NCBI GenBank assembly: GCA_016748015.1
Contig: JAAOMT010000096.1
Location: 133,955-197,954 of the forward strand
Length of the DNA: 64,000 bases
Direction: 5' to 3'
From: Geosiphon pyriformis uo1
Taxonomy: Eukaryota; Fungi; Glomeromycota
Shown: piece after piece, positions 13,700 through 28,374 of the stretch
Position numbering within the stretch: position 1 is the first letter of the stretch
Layout: every line of letters begins with the position of its first letter
Notes under the pieces: generated by a model
Database searches by the model: none
Told to the model about the DNA's origin: nothing
The model's input: only the letters and a program-made list of their open reading frames with translations
Program-made: the position numbers and the translations under genes

Positions 13700-16600
13700 A
13701 TAGATTTCATGATAATTTAATAAAAAAAAAGTTTTTTTTAGATTTAAATATTAACTTTATCTTAATAGTTTATTAAAAGAGCAAAAAAACAATACTAAAC
13801 TCTAGTAATTGTACTCATTAGCTTAAAAAGAAACACAATAATAATTACATAATTAAAAAAACAATATTTCTATATCTTATAACAAAAAAACTCAACAAAT
13901 AAAACTTTAAACAGAAAATTTTTAAAGACTAATAACTTATAATACAATTAAAATTAATTTATCCAATTCTTATATGGCTTTTATTATTAAATTACAAACA
14001 TCAAACATTATAACTATATTTTATTAAGTTTATTTGTAATATTTAATGATTTTGTCAGATTATAAAATTCACAGAAACAAAGCATTCAAAAATTTACAAA
14101 ATAGTAATTATTAGAATAATCGAAAAAGTTTATTTGTTTTTTAAAAAACACTATATTAACACTTTTAAAAAGATTTAAAAATTCCAGAAAAAACATTTAT
14201 AGTCAAAAGTAATTTTTTCTACTATATATATATTAAATTAACTATTATTTAAGCAGAACAGCAAATACTAAAAAACTTGAAAAATAGATTTATTAAAACT
14301 TATTATTATATTTAACTACAAGAATAATTCCAACTTATAATAAGCAAAAAGTCAATATTCTTTTTATTAACAATACTCTCTTATTATTAAATCTTAAAAA
14401 ACAAAATTTTACTATATTAGTTATATAGTTTGCAGTCAAAAACTCCAAAAACTCCAAAAACTCTTGGAAATTTTTATTTCTAAAACTTCAACAAAAATTT
14501 TTAGACTAAATTATTAAAAAAATAGAGAACACTGTTTAAAAATCTTATGTTAGTGACAAATACTGCTTTCTAAAATATCTTTACTTGAAGACAAAAACAC
14601 TACAATCACTAACCAAATTAATAATTACTTTCTTAAAAAGAACATTATTATTTTAATTTATTACAGTAATCAACAAAAAAAAACAACTAGTCTTAAGTTT
14701 AATTAAACAACCAGATATATTTCTACCAATTTTTTTTTGTCAACAAATAAACAACTTTTTATTATTTTAATTATGGCTTATAAAAACATAACTAGATTAG
14801 AAAAATTTTTAATAAAAAAATACATATATATAGATTACAAAAGCCAAAAAAACAATTATAGCAAACAATTAAAATAATATTAGAACTATTTAAACATTAT
14901 TTTTTTTCTTAATAAGAACTGTTAACTCTTGGTACCAAAGTTTTACCAAAAAACTGATTGATTTTATGATGTTTAAACTTACTTTTCTACAATATTTCTG
15001 TAATCCAACAATATTATTAGACTATAAAATTAATTTAATATAATAAAACAAAAAAATTATAAAGCTGTAACCACTTATTTTAAAAAGTTTAATCAGATTT
15101 TTTACCAAATTCAAGCTATTAAACAAGACTATTATATATCCAACCAAATTCTGAATTAGTTTATTAAAAAATTAAAAAACAGTATTTTTTTGTTTTTTAG
15201 ATTTTATTATCTTAAAAATTTATAGAATACAGTAATATTTGCTTATAATTTTGTATTAATAAAACAAGAAACAAATTACATCCAAGCTATTAATTTGATT
15301 ATAAATAAAATCTCTAATATTAATATAAAATTTACTTAATTAAGAGAAAAATTAATTTAGAAAATTAAAATTTTTTGCAAAAAATTTAGAAACATATTAG
15401 TTTTTATAATATTAAAAAAACAATAATACTATAAAGTACCAATAACAATAACAACAAACTTAGAAACAAAATTTTTGTAGTTGTTACTATTGTCAGAAAT
15501 CCAGTTACATTGCAAGAAATTACTACAAAAAAATATTAGATTAAAATTATAAGAATTAATATTAATAATAACTAAAATATTTACAATCAACAAAATATTA
15601 TTATTTTTCATTTTTATATAAACAATTACAAGACTTACTTTAATCATCTTAAAAATATTATTAATATTCTTAAGTAATAATATAATTTTAATCAGTATTC
15701 AGCTTTGTAATATAGCAATTCAAGATTTTAAACTATTGATTATAATTAAAAATAATAAAATAAAATAAAAATTAAATTCAACTTAAGATAATAGATTATT
15801 ATAATTTATATTTTAAAATAATACTATAATAAGTATTATCAACAGACTATTTAAACTAAGTCTTATTTTTTGGTTTTATTAAGACTTTAAATTTTGATAA
15901 TACTATATCTTTAAAAGAAAAAGCTATAATTAAAATTATCAATTTTTTTTCTATTAAAAATGATTAAGTCATCTTTAATATAATTTCTTTAATCATAATT
16001 ACTAAAAATAAAATACTTATAGCCATATTTTTATTTAATATTAACTATTTAAATATCTTTAATTTCTTTAGTAAAATTATTATTAACCAAAACAAATTAA
16101 TTATAGCAATATACATTAATATTATAATAAAACAAATAAGCATTAAATCAATACTTAATAGTAAATTAATTAATTATGTAGCTAATATTAAAATTATTAT
16201 AACTAATAAAAATATTAAAATCTTAATAAAAAAAATCATCAATTTTTTTTTTGAATTAAATAAAATTATAATTTTTATTAAAGTTTTAATAATAAAAGCA
16301 ACTTAATACCAAGCTTTAATTAACAATAATTGGCTGATTAAAGCTCATGTTATTTTTGATTAAAATATACAAAAGCTTTAAATTTTGTTTAATAATTAAC
16401 ATATTTTAATTTCTATTATCTGTAAATATTTCAAAATAACTATTATTAAACAGTTTTTAATTAAATTTAAAAAGTCTATAGTATAGTCTATTTTAAAAAC
16501 CTATCAAATTTTTTGGACAATAAGTTTAAAACAAAATAACTATTACAACTTACTTGAAAAAAAAAAGCCAAAAAAAACTTACAAGTTTTAATTTCTGCTT

Positions 16601-16950
16601 ATGTTTTATAAAATTAATGCAATTAATTATACTACTTTCCAAAATTAATCTGTGTAAATTGTAGAAAGAAATTATTATTAATAAATGTATGTATAAAAAA
16701 TAATAAAATATGATTTATTGCTATTTAGTATTATTATTAATTCTGTATATTAAAACAATTTAAATATCTAAAATAACAAAACAAATAAGATAGTACATTC
16801 TGTTTTATTTGTAATAAAATTTTACTGGACAAAAAATTATAAAATAATATTTTTAACAGAGAAAAAACATGTAATGAATTATGTTAATATGCTATTTTAA
16901 TTACTAATTAGACCTACAAAAGAATCCTGTTTGCTGTTGTCTATAATCAA
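13700..16950 (+). mobile_element. Decayed LTR-retrotransposon gag + aspartic protease region
   Basis: Retrotransposon gag-like text FKLTFLQYF ~14972 and KQKNYKAVTTYF..FNQI ~15046. Protease ILNSK ~16151 (from ILDSG) and YQALINNNWL ~16307 (QALIGNDWL). Lies between LTR family-2 copies. Confidence 0.6.
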
Positions 16951-17900
16951 TATTATTGAAGATTTTTTACTTTTTTTTTAATATTGTTAATGTTATTTTA
17001 CTAGTAATTTTGCTATTAATAAAAATCAATGAATTTTTGATAAGCTTATTCTTTTTTTAAAGTATTTTTCTATATTTTAGACTATATATACTATTGAATT
17101 TAAAATAAAATAGCCAATTTTATGCCAATTATTTATATAGTTATTTTGTAGTAAAAGTTGAATTTTTATAAAAAAATCTTGTTTATAAGTTTTTTAAAAT
17201 ATGTGTAATTATTTTGCTATAAAAATCAATTTTTCTACAAAAAATCTCGACTATAAACTATCTAATAATATAAAAAAAATAAGAAACTATGTTAAAAAAG
17301 TTGTTTTAAATTCAAATTTAGAAGTTACTAATAATTTATTAAAATTGATAGTTAGTCAATTTCAAATTGTTAATATAGAATAGTTAATTTTGAACAGAAA
17401 TGATTAAGAATTTTTGTTTTTTAAAATGAGTTTTATTGAAATTGACTTGTAAAAAAAATATCTAATAAAAGATTAATTTTAATTAAAATATATTTTTTAA
17501 AGAGAAAATCTCTTCTTTTATACAACTTAATATGGTACTATTCTATAATTTAATACTTTTTTTTCCTAATATTTCGGTAAATTAAAGATACATTTTATCA
17601 AATTACAAGTTATTTTTGCAAACTATAAATTATTTTGGTAAATCATTAAATATTTTATTAAATTACTAAATATTTCAATAAATTTTAAATATTATATAGT
17701 TTAACATATTGTATAATTTGATTATTAGAATTTGATTGCATTTGTGTTTTGTACAAATTAAGTTATTAATTAAATAATAATTTAGATAATTTAATAAAAT
17801 AATAAGTAATAAATTAAAATAATAATATATGTTAATTAATAATAGTAATTAATAAAGATAATTTTATATTAAATAATATCTTAAATTTTAGCTGATAATA
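16951..17900 (+). repeat. LTR family 2, copy 2
   Basis: Starts tattattgaa and ends gataata. Matches the reverse complement of 20573-21475 over its whole length, and 9467-10275 directly. Confidence 0.75.
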
Positions 17901-19250
17901 TAATTTTTTTTTTAAAACTGAACTCTGTTAAAGTTCAAGTACTGTCTTTAATTTTCAAATAATAATTCAAGATTATTGAAAAAATTTGATCTAAAAATTG
18001 TTGAAATTTTAGTTTTATAAGCTTTTCAATATATTGAATTTTTAGAAATTGTAAAATTGGATTTTGTAAGACATTTTTACAAGTATAAAATAGATTATAG
18101 AATCTAAAAGCTGTTCTAAGTTTGTAATAAGTATTTGTTGGTTTGGCTGTTATCTTAAATTCATTATAGAGTTGTTTCTAAATAGCTTTAATTATAAAAT
18201 TTGCTGTTTCAAGCTTCAATCTTCTTTTATAAAGTATTTTTTTAATATAAAAATATTTATTGTATTGTTTGTTAAAACACTGTTGAAATTTTTGTTAAAT
18301 TGTGATATTTAATAAAATATTAATAAGAATGAATATTAAATTTTCTTTAAACTTTGCTTTAAAAGTTCTGGTAAGTAAATTCTAAATAATTTTTTGTGCT
18401 TCTTTTATAAGAGTAGTAATTTTGTGAATTTGTAATTAAAGATATAATTGATTTTATTTGAATGTAATTAATATGTTTTTTAGTAATTGTTATAAATAAT
18501 TTAGATAGTATTTTTAGGATTAATATTAATTTTTGGGATAATTGTTAAATATTTTAGAAAATATTTATAATAACTAATAAAAATGTGAATAAATAAAATT
18601 ATTTTTGGTATGTAGGGTTTTTATGTTATTTTTGTTTACTTTTTGCTTTGTTTTTTGTAAAATTGTTTTTAAAATATAAAAAATAACTATAGAAAAAATT
18701 TAAATTTATATGTTTAGGTTTAAAAGTTATTAAATAATAATTATTAGTGCAAAGTTTCAAAAAATATTTTTAAGGTTAACTAAAGAGAATTGTGTATTAA
18801 TTTGTAGAATAAAAAGTTTAGTATTGGTTCTGAAATAATAGTGTTTTAGTCTGTTAGTATATACAACTTTCTTTAAAATCTTATTATAAAATCTTAATTT
18901 ATATAATCTATTTTCTAAAATTATATATATATAAAATAGTTTATTTTATTTATAATTGAATTTTTTATTCTATTGTTTTTTAGTCTTAATTTTATATAAG
19001 ATAACTTTATTTTTAATTTTAAATTTGTTGATAGTTAATGGCAATTTATTGTTATATTATTTTTTTTATTAAACTTAGAAATGTTCTATATAAATAGTTG
19101 TAATTTATTATTTTTTTCTAATATACTAAAAAATATATAGGTTCTTTTTTATAGTGTTTTTTAAAAATTGTTTTTGGTAATTAATTAAACTAAATAAGAT
19201 TCCATTGTAAAATTAATTAGTAATATTGCTGTTTTTCTATAAATTAGATC
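17900..19250 (+). mobile_element. Decayed LINE-like fragment (RT C-terminus/RNase H region)
   Basis: Same hypermutated composition, with weak RNase H-like residues. Motifs are barely readable. Confidence 0.3.
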
Positions 19251-19299
19251 AAATAGTATGTGTTTTATTGTATTTTGTTTTAGTATTCTATATATTAAT

Positions 19300-21475
19300 A
19301 ACACTAATAGAATAAAAAGATTTTATTTTTGCTTAAAATTCATTAAAATTTTGGCTAATAATTTACAAAGTATTTTATTAAAATGTTTTATAAGACTATT
19401 TGTCTGTAGATTATAAGGCATAGATAAAAATTTTTTGATATTAATTATTCACAAATTTTTTGTATTAAATTGTTTACAAAATATGGTTTTTAATTAAATA
19501 AAAGTTTAATTAAATATTTATGTCTACAAATAATGTTTTTATAAATGAAATTTGCAATTAATTTTGCATTTGCTTATTAAATTACTTTTGTTTTAGATTA
19601 TTTGATAAGGTAATTTATTATAACTACAATATATTAATTTTCTTAAGTTGTAATAAATAGTAGTTTAATTAAATTAATACCAACTTAATTAAAAAATTGT
19701 TTAACTTTAATTGAATTTAGAGATTTTGTGAAATGTGTTCCTTCTTTTTTTTAACAATTATTACAGAATTCAATATATTGGTAAATATTTTTTTATTTAG
19801 TACCAAAAATAATGTTCTAATGTTTTTTAAATTGTGCTATCTTTTTTAAAATATGTTAATAAAAAATTTGAATACATATTATGTTTTTAATTACTTTAAA
19901 TAAATTGTATAGATTTTTGTAGTTTTAATAATAAATAAAATTGTTATACAGAAAATATTGTTTTTTTTGATATTGTAATTAATGTTTTTTACTTAAAAAC
20001 TAATTTTTTAGTATTGTAAATATTTCAAAGTATTGTTTAAGATTGTTGTAGTTTTAAAATTTATTGTTTGTTGTTTTGTTGCTGTTTTATTGATTGAATT
20101 GAATAGTAATTGTGATTTTTATTCTTGTTTTATTCTGAAAAACAATTAATATTTGTGTAAAGTTTTTCTGGTTTGTAATATACAGTGTATTTATAATTTA
20201 CAAAAAATCCAGTCTATTTAATTTGTTTGGTATTTAATTTTGAGTTTTATATTTTTCTATCAATTGTGATTTTTATTGGTGTTGTAGATTGCTAAATTAT
20301 TTGAAATAATTATTATAAAAATTTTAAAATTTTGTCTAAAAAATTTATGTTAAGAGTATTATTAACTTTTTTTTTATTTTTTTAGTATTTATATATTTAT
20401 TTTATGTAATTTAAATTGTTATATATAGATTTGTGTTTGATAATAATAATTGGTTTTAAATCTTATAATATATCTTCCAATTTAATTAATGAAATTTGTG
20501 TTTCTAGTTGAAATATAAATAACAATAATTCTTGTATTATATAATAAATTTTTAAATAATTTCTATATATAGTGTTATTAATAAAATTTTAGCCATTAAT
20601 TAACATAAAATTACCTTTATAATTTTTATCAAAATTAGGATAATTAAATTACACAATACTCTGAGCTATGTAATATTTAAAAATTTACCAAAATTGGTAA
20701 AAATTTATCAAAATAATTAATAATTTATTAAAATAGCTAATAGTTTATAGAAATAACTTGTAATTTGTTAAAATATATCATTAATTCATCAAAATTATAG
20801 CAAAAAGAAAAATTTAAATTCATAGACTAGTATTATAACAGTTATATAAAAAAAACTTCTCTTTTTAAGAAAATAGATCTTATCCTATTTATTTTATCTT
20901 ATAATTATCCTATTTAAAATTATCTTAATTGGAATAAATCATCTTTTTCACAAAGTAATAAAAATTGAAATATTTTAAAAACTCAAATCTCATAAAATTA
21001 TTTACATTTGAAATTTCCCAAAAACCAATTAATGTTTTAAAATTAATTAGCTATCAATTTTAGTAATTTATTAGTGATTTCAGGTCTGAATAAAAAATAA
21101 TTTCTTTAATTAAATTTTATTTCTTTTACATTTTTTTTATTTTTTTTATTTTCTTATTATAATTATTAAGATAGTTTACAGACAAAATTCCTGTAAAAGA
21201 GTTAATTTTTACAGCAAAGTAACTATATATTTTTAGTAAACTTCCAGATAAACAATTCTTGGAAAAAAGTTGATTTTTATTACAAAGTAATTACATATAG
21301 TAACTAGTATAGAATTGGCTATTCTACTTATAAGCCTAGCAGTTCAAATTATAGAAAATATTTTGAAGATAAATTTAATTATCAGAAAATTATTAGTTTT
21401 TAATAATTATAAATTGACAGTAAATTAATATTAACAATATTTAAAAAAAGAGACCAAAAACATTTAGTAACAATA
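19300..21475 (-). mobile_element. Inverted, internally deleted Gypsy element: family-2 LTR (20573-21475) plus gag and integrase remnants
   Basis: The LTR keeps an intact ..TAATAACA end on the minus strand (tgttatta at 20573). Minus-strand integrase text IANFIYKNIICRH ~19560-19520 and YNLQTNSL..FNK ~19415-19380. 19600-20070 matches 10275-10480 in reverse complement. Confidence 0.7.
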
Positions 21476-21479
21476 GCTT

Positions 21480-23200
21480 TTTTAAAATTTTGTTTTTCAA
21501 TTATAATTTATAAGTTTTATTGTCTAAAACTTTGTATATGTAAAATAATTTATCTTATTTTGGGTCAAATTTTTTATTTTATTGTTTCTTAATTTTAGTA
21601 CAATATAATAATACTTGGTTTTTAATCTTAAATTTAACTAGTTGGTCTGATAAACAATTATTATGTTTTTTTTTCTGTTATTTTTAAGAGTTATTAATAT
21701 TATTAGCTGCTGTTTTACGATTATTTTCTAATGTTTTTATGAGCTGGTATGTTTTTTAGTACAAAATAACTTCAAAGTTTTCTTTAATAATTGTTTTTGT
21801 CAAAAAAAAAGATATTTTTTGTTTAATAAATAATATGGCTTTTTTTATAGACTAGTTTGAATAGTGTAAACTAAATAGTATTTTGTTTTAATGTTTAGTA
21901 TACAAATAATATTAAGCATATAAATAATTTCTATTTTTACATATTTTCATAACTTATTTTTGCTAATACTTTACACAATATTTAATTAAATTGTTTTATT
22001 AGTCTGTTTATTTAAAAATAATATAATAATAATAATAGTTATTTTATTCTAAATTATTGGTTTAGTTTAGCAAATATATTATTAACAAAATAAGTTTTTT
22101 GGTTAGATAATAATTTTTTTGGACATTTATGTTGATAAATTAGATCTTAATATACAAATTTGGCTATTTTTTTGGTATCTACCACTTAAATAGCTTTAGC
22201 TTTAAGCCATTTGGTAAAGTATTTACAGTTATAACAATATAACAATTTTTTTTAAAAATAATTAAAAGAAATTTAACCAAATTAATTTCAATTCTATTAA
22301 ATAAATTAAAATAGTTTGTTATTCTAACTTCTTTTTTTCTTTGGCAAAAATTATAATTAAGAATGTATTTAAAGATATTTTTATATATTATTGGCTAATA
22401 ATATAAATTAATTGTTTTTTTAAAATAGCACTTTTGTTAAAATGTTCTACTGTTAGATTAGAATATATATTGAACAAAACAATTTCTTTTTTATTATCTT
22501 TTATAACTTATTATGGTGTAGTGTAGTTTTAATATTCTTAATAATATAATTAGTTATTATATAAGAAATAATTTTGAGCTTGTTTTTATATAGTATTTTG
22601 TTTTTGTTAAGATAATTTTTTCTTGAAATAAAATATTAACAGATATTAAAATAGTTTTTAATAGATGACTATTTATTAGTCAAAGATTAGATTTGAATTA
22701 TTTTTGATAAACTGTTAGCATTAGTGTTTTTAACTTTTTTTTTATAATATACTTTATATAAAATTGCTATAAGTAAATATTTTATCTTGTATACTTTTCT
22801 TTATATTGTGGTTTGCTAAGTAATTAAATAAATCTTTTGTAATTAATATATAAGTTAAATAGTTGATAAAAATAATATTTCCAATTTTATATAATTTAGT
22901 AAATAATAAGACATTCTAAATTAATAGTATTGTATATTTTTTTAATAACACTAGTACTATAACTGGTATAGACAATTAAATATTCTTAATTATTAAATTC
23001 AATTTGTAATAAAATAGTTTTTAGTGTATTTTTTGAAATGTTTATAGCTATAATAAAACACTTATTAAAGTTTAGATAAATCAAAATTAGTATTTTTATA
23101 AGTTATTGTTTAAAATAATTAAAAGCTTTTTGTTAACCAGTTTTTTATATGTTGTTATTCATAGAATATAAAAATTATATATATTAGTACATCAATTAGG
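21480..23200 (+). mobile_element. Decayed LINE-like fragment (ORF1 end/endonuclease region)
   Basis: Weak similarity to the endonuclease region at 10700-10950, and the same transition-saturated composition. Confidence 0.3.
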
Positions 23201-23899
23201 CAATTAGAATAAGACATAATAAAAGTGAAATTTCAGGATTTTTCTTAAAAGAATTGCAAAATTCCAGAATTACATAATTCTAGTATAAAGAATCACAGAA
23301 TTCCAGAATTTCAGAATTTTTTTTAAATAATTACAGTATTTCAAAATTTTCAGAATTCTTGGCTAGAGAATTGAAGAATTCAAAAAATCTTATATAACAA
23401 AATTTATGTATATATAACAATAGTATTAAAAGCAGAAAAGAATCCTTAATTTTAGTTTAAAATCTTTAGTTCTAACTCCATACTCATCTCTTTATATTAT
23501 AGTATTCTTACTTAAGCCAATTAAGATTATACTATATATTTATAAAAATATTAGTATTATTATTCAAATTAAAAATATGTAAATTTATTATGTAAATTAA
23601 AACTAATAATAAAGATCTTATTAATATTAAGTAAACAAATTATTTCATTTGAAAAACATTTGGTTAAATTATATATACTATATAAAACAAAAAAGTTATT
23701 ATTGATTAAACTACTTTTTTTATTATAGTTTTATATTTAAACTTATATAATTATATTTTTTTTCTATAATTTTTTATTAAGTAATAAACTAAAAAAACCA
23801 AATATATATTAATTAGTTTAATATTTTTGAATATTAAATTTTATTATATTAAATATTAAAAACAATATTTTTATATATATTAATATATATTAAATTATT

Positions 23900-26800
23900 T
23901 AAATTATAATTAAATAAATATAATATTAAAAATAACAAAAACAATATATTAAAAAAAATCCAAAATTTTAATAAGTTTTTAAGCAATTTTATGTAAATAT
24001 TAATATTTAACTTATATGTAAAAACATAATTTAAGAATTCAACTTTTTTATAATAAAAACATAATATTTCAAAGTATTTTTTATTATAAAAATATTTTTA
24101 AATAATAACAAAAAGCTATTTATAAACAGTTTTTATTAAATATATATACAAATTAATTATAAATTTATTAATAAAATCTGAACTTATTCAAAAATTTGAA
24201 TATTATATTATAAATATACAATATTAATTTATTTGTTATATTAGTATTAAAATTAATTTTTTACTTAAAACAATTAATTACTTAATATATTTTATAAACA
24301 AAATAATAAGTATTGTCTAAAACAATTATATTATTAATTTAAAAAAAGCTTTTATTAAAACTAGAAGAAAAAATAATAAGTAAGTAAGTAGTTTTATAAA
24401 CCAATTTATTAATAATATTATTATTTATAATATTTGAATAATTTTTTATTTTAAATTATATAATTAAAAATATTTTTATTATAAATAGAATTTAAAATCT
24501 GTTTTTTTTTAAATTTTAAATATCCAATAAAAGCAAACTAAGCTTTAATATACAAGTATTTAAGACTATTTAATTATTTAATTAATATTAATTATATTAA
24601 AGAAAAAAATATACTTAAGAATAAAAAAAATAGTTTATAATTTAATTAGTATTAATAATATTAAGCCAGAAATTTAAACAACATATATTTAAATTCAAAT
24701 TATCAAAATATGTGATAACACTATTGATAATATTACAAAATCTCAATTTTTTCAAAAAAATATTTATAAAAACATTAATAATTAACAAATTTGTTTCTAT
24801 TAATTATTTCTTAATTATTAATAAATTATAAAAACTGAAAACATTCTAATAGTCAAAACCAGAATAAAAAAATAAAACTGTTTTACAAAAAATTCTGTTT
24901 TGAAAAAACTTATTTATATTTAAATAATTTTAATAATTATAATAATTAATATTGATTATATTTTTAAAATTTAACAAATATGTTTGATAAAAACTTTTAA
25001 TAATTATAATTATTATTATTAATAATAAATATATAGTTTTTATATTAAAAAAATTTTATTTATATGAGAAAAAAATTTAATTTTATATATAACTAAAACA
25101 TATTTATTATAAAATTATTATATAAAATATAAATTATTTTTATATTTTACACATATATTTTTAATATATAAAATAATATTCTATATATATTTTATTTATT
25201 ATATGAAAATTTTATATATTTTATTATATTTTAATGTATAATTTTTTTAATAAGTAAGACTTAAATATTATTTAATACAATATATTAAACTAAATAATTT
25301 AAACTAAGTATAATTATATATTTTTTATATATAACTAATTATTTAAACCAATTAAAACAATATTATAAATTTATTTTAACAAAAATTTTATTATTAATAT
25401 CTGAAAAAAACAAACACAATTTATATAACTTAAAACAAATACTTAATTTTTTAGCAATTTTAAGTATTTTTATAATATTATTTAAAAACCAAAATAATAA
25501 ATCATAAATAATAGAAAGCATAAAATTATTATTAGATATTAAATTATTTTTTTTATAACTGTTTTGAATTTAGATTTAAATTATATACAAGTTCATAATC
25601 TTATTAATAATAATAATAGCATTTTTAAAAATAGAAAAAAATTCCAAATATTATTTTTTAAAAATAAAATATTTATTCAGAACAATATACAATATATTAT
25701 TAAATATACAAAAAAAAACAATTATAAAATACATAATAATAATTGGCATAAATTTAATATAAATTTAACAAATATTTATGAATTTCAAAATTTATTTTAC
25801 ATGAAAAAAAATGATCTGAAAATTTAATCTTATTATAATAAAAACATAAAATACTATAATATTTTTTATTATATAATTACTTTTAAATTATATTAAACAA
25901 ATAATAATATAAAGTTTTTATAAAATAAAAATACAAATTTACTATGAATTTACTTATATATAATTAAATATTATATATAAGTTAAAATATCAGATTAAAA
26001 AAATTTAAACTTAATTAATAATTTTAAACAAAATTTTTATTAATAATTTTAATTTTAAACTTAGTTTTTTAACAAATATAGTTAACAGTTTTAAAAATAT
26101 TAAAAATAAAATATTATGTATTTTTCAAAACAATTATATTACTAGTTTTAATATAGATTTATATAAACAATATTAAAAAAAAAATATTAACCAATTTATT
26201 AATCTTATTATTATTTAAAATATTTAAGTAGTTTTTAATTTTTAATTAAATAACACAAATATTTTTATATCTTATAATATTTTTAATATGATATCTTTTT
26301 AATTAAAAACAATTATAAAAATTAAATAATATTAAATTTAATTCAAATAATACATATTCAAAATAATCTAACTGTTTAAATTTATTACAATAAAATTAAA
26401 AGTAAAAACATATTTTAAAACTAAAACTATTATTTACAACTTTGTTAATATAAAAAAAATTAAACCATATATTCCAATACTAATAATTATATTTAAATTA
26501 ATAAAAAATACAGCAGCAGTATTTTTTATTTTAAATATATCTAAATTTTTTAAAAAACTATTTATATAAATATTAATAACATTTAGATTAATATTAAGTA
26601 AGCTTTTTTTTATTACAGCAAATTTATTAAAATTAAATATGTTAAAAAATTGAAAATTATTAACCAAAAATAAAATAGCATAATAAGAAATATTATTAAT
26701 TAAATAATTAGTTGTTAATTTAAATTAATTGAAAACTAAATTTTAAGAATTCAGTTTTTTTAATAACAAAAAATTTTTTAATTAAAGATAAACTTTTTTT

Positions 26801-27600
26801 TGGTATAAAATTGTTTAAAAAAAATAATATTAAATCTTTTAAATAAGTAAAAACACTAAAAAAAACTAAATTTTTCAAAACAAAAAACATTAAAATGTTA
26901 TCAAAAAAGTAAAATACAAAAAATAAATTATTTACAAAAGAAATATTACAACTTTAAAATATTTTTATAACTTTAATTAAAAAATTATTCATTAAATTAA
27001 TTTTTAATTAAACAGAAAACTGTAATAAATATTTGAAAAACTGATTCAAAATTTGTAAATTTAAAGACTTATAATTAAATAAATAATCAAGAATATTATT
27101 AATATTTAAAAAGTTTACTATTAAAATTATTTTATTTTTTGTTTGTATTTATTTAAACATTTTTAAATTATATAAAAACAGATAATAAACAATCTTATTC
27201 AGAAAATTTTTTAATAAATTAGATTTTGATTTCAACTTTTTTTAATTAAAGTATCTTATTTATTATACATAGTTTTAAAAATAAAATAAAATTATATCTT
27301 GTAATTAATAATAAGTTACAATATAACCAAAACCAAATAAAGAAACTGCTTGTTTAAAATATTTTTTTCAAGATTATATTAGCAAAAAACCTAATATTTA
27401 AGTATATTTTAGTCAAACTGAACTTAAAAAAATTATTTAATAATAAAAATATGTTAAAATACTTATAAAATTCATCTTTTTTTGCAATCAAAATTGGCAA
27501 ACTACTAATTAACAAAAAAAACTTTAAATTTTTGATTAATAAAAATAGTCACAGTCTTTTTATTGATAATTAAAATATTATTAAACAAAAAAAACTTATT
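23900..27600 (-). mobile_element. Decayed LINE-like RT/RNase H fragments (at least two RNase H copies)
   Basis: ORF 26434-26667 reads INIYINSFLKN...AAVFF...GIYGL..ILTKL, an eroded VYTDGSL...AAVFF...GLVSSTLAEL RNase H motif. 24398-24480 and 26189-26270 are related copies. Confidence 0.6.
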
Positions 27601-28374
27601 AAGAATATTTTAAATATATTGAGTCGCTATTTGGTTATTTACTATCTAAATTGTGTTATCAACAAATACACCAGTTGCAAAAAAAAAAATTTAAACCAGC
27701 CTGATTTTCAATTCTGCCTATTTTGGCAACAAACTTGGTGTTAATTCAATAACCACACAAACTCTTCTGCTTTTTTACTTTACACAAAAAAGAGTCATAA
27801 AAAATTCTCTATAAAAGTGAAGAAAAAACCTCTTCTTGATCCAAACTGTACATTTTACTGTATATAATTCTTAAATATATTTGCAATTACTAGTTGAATA
27901 AGGTAAAATTTTCCTAAGCAAAATTCAATTAAAAAACTATACAATTCCATATTTTATTTCATCTAAGTTTTAATCAAATTAGAAAAAAAAATAAACAGAT
28001 ATATTTATTAACTTATATATTCTTATAACCTTCTTTTGTCTATTTCTAAGCACAAAACTGAGGTCAAAAAGTTCTGGAAGTTCTTTGAGAAGAAAGAACA
28101 CTGAAAGAAGAGGAGATATGTAATATGTCTCGATCACAGAATAATGAAGAAGAGGAAAAGGAAAAGGAAAAAAAAGAAAAACTTGGTAATGAGAAAAAGG
28201 ATACTGAAGATGGGAATGTTGGAAAGAATGTGAACGAGAGTGAGGAGAGCAAAAGAAAGCATAAAAACGATGAAGTACATGTTGATCGAAAACCTCTTTT
28301 ATTCCTTAATTATCTAATTAATCTGCATTTTATAGAATGATAATGCCCAAATTCTCATTAAAAACCTTCTAGAT

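Noticed and set aside
23225-23390. TTCCAGAA-like 8-bp repeats as heat-shock elements
   Set aside because: The spacing does not give contiguous inverted nGAAn units; they lie within decayed TE sequence.
2893-26667. Short N/K/I/L/F-rich ORFs across the AT-rich island
   Set aside because: Chance ORFs or eroded TE fragments, not functional genes.
28125-28340. 71-aa E/K-rich ORF upstream of the Fanzor relic
   Set aside because: Low-complexity purine-rich sequence. It could be an exon or part of the element, but there is no homology evidence.
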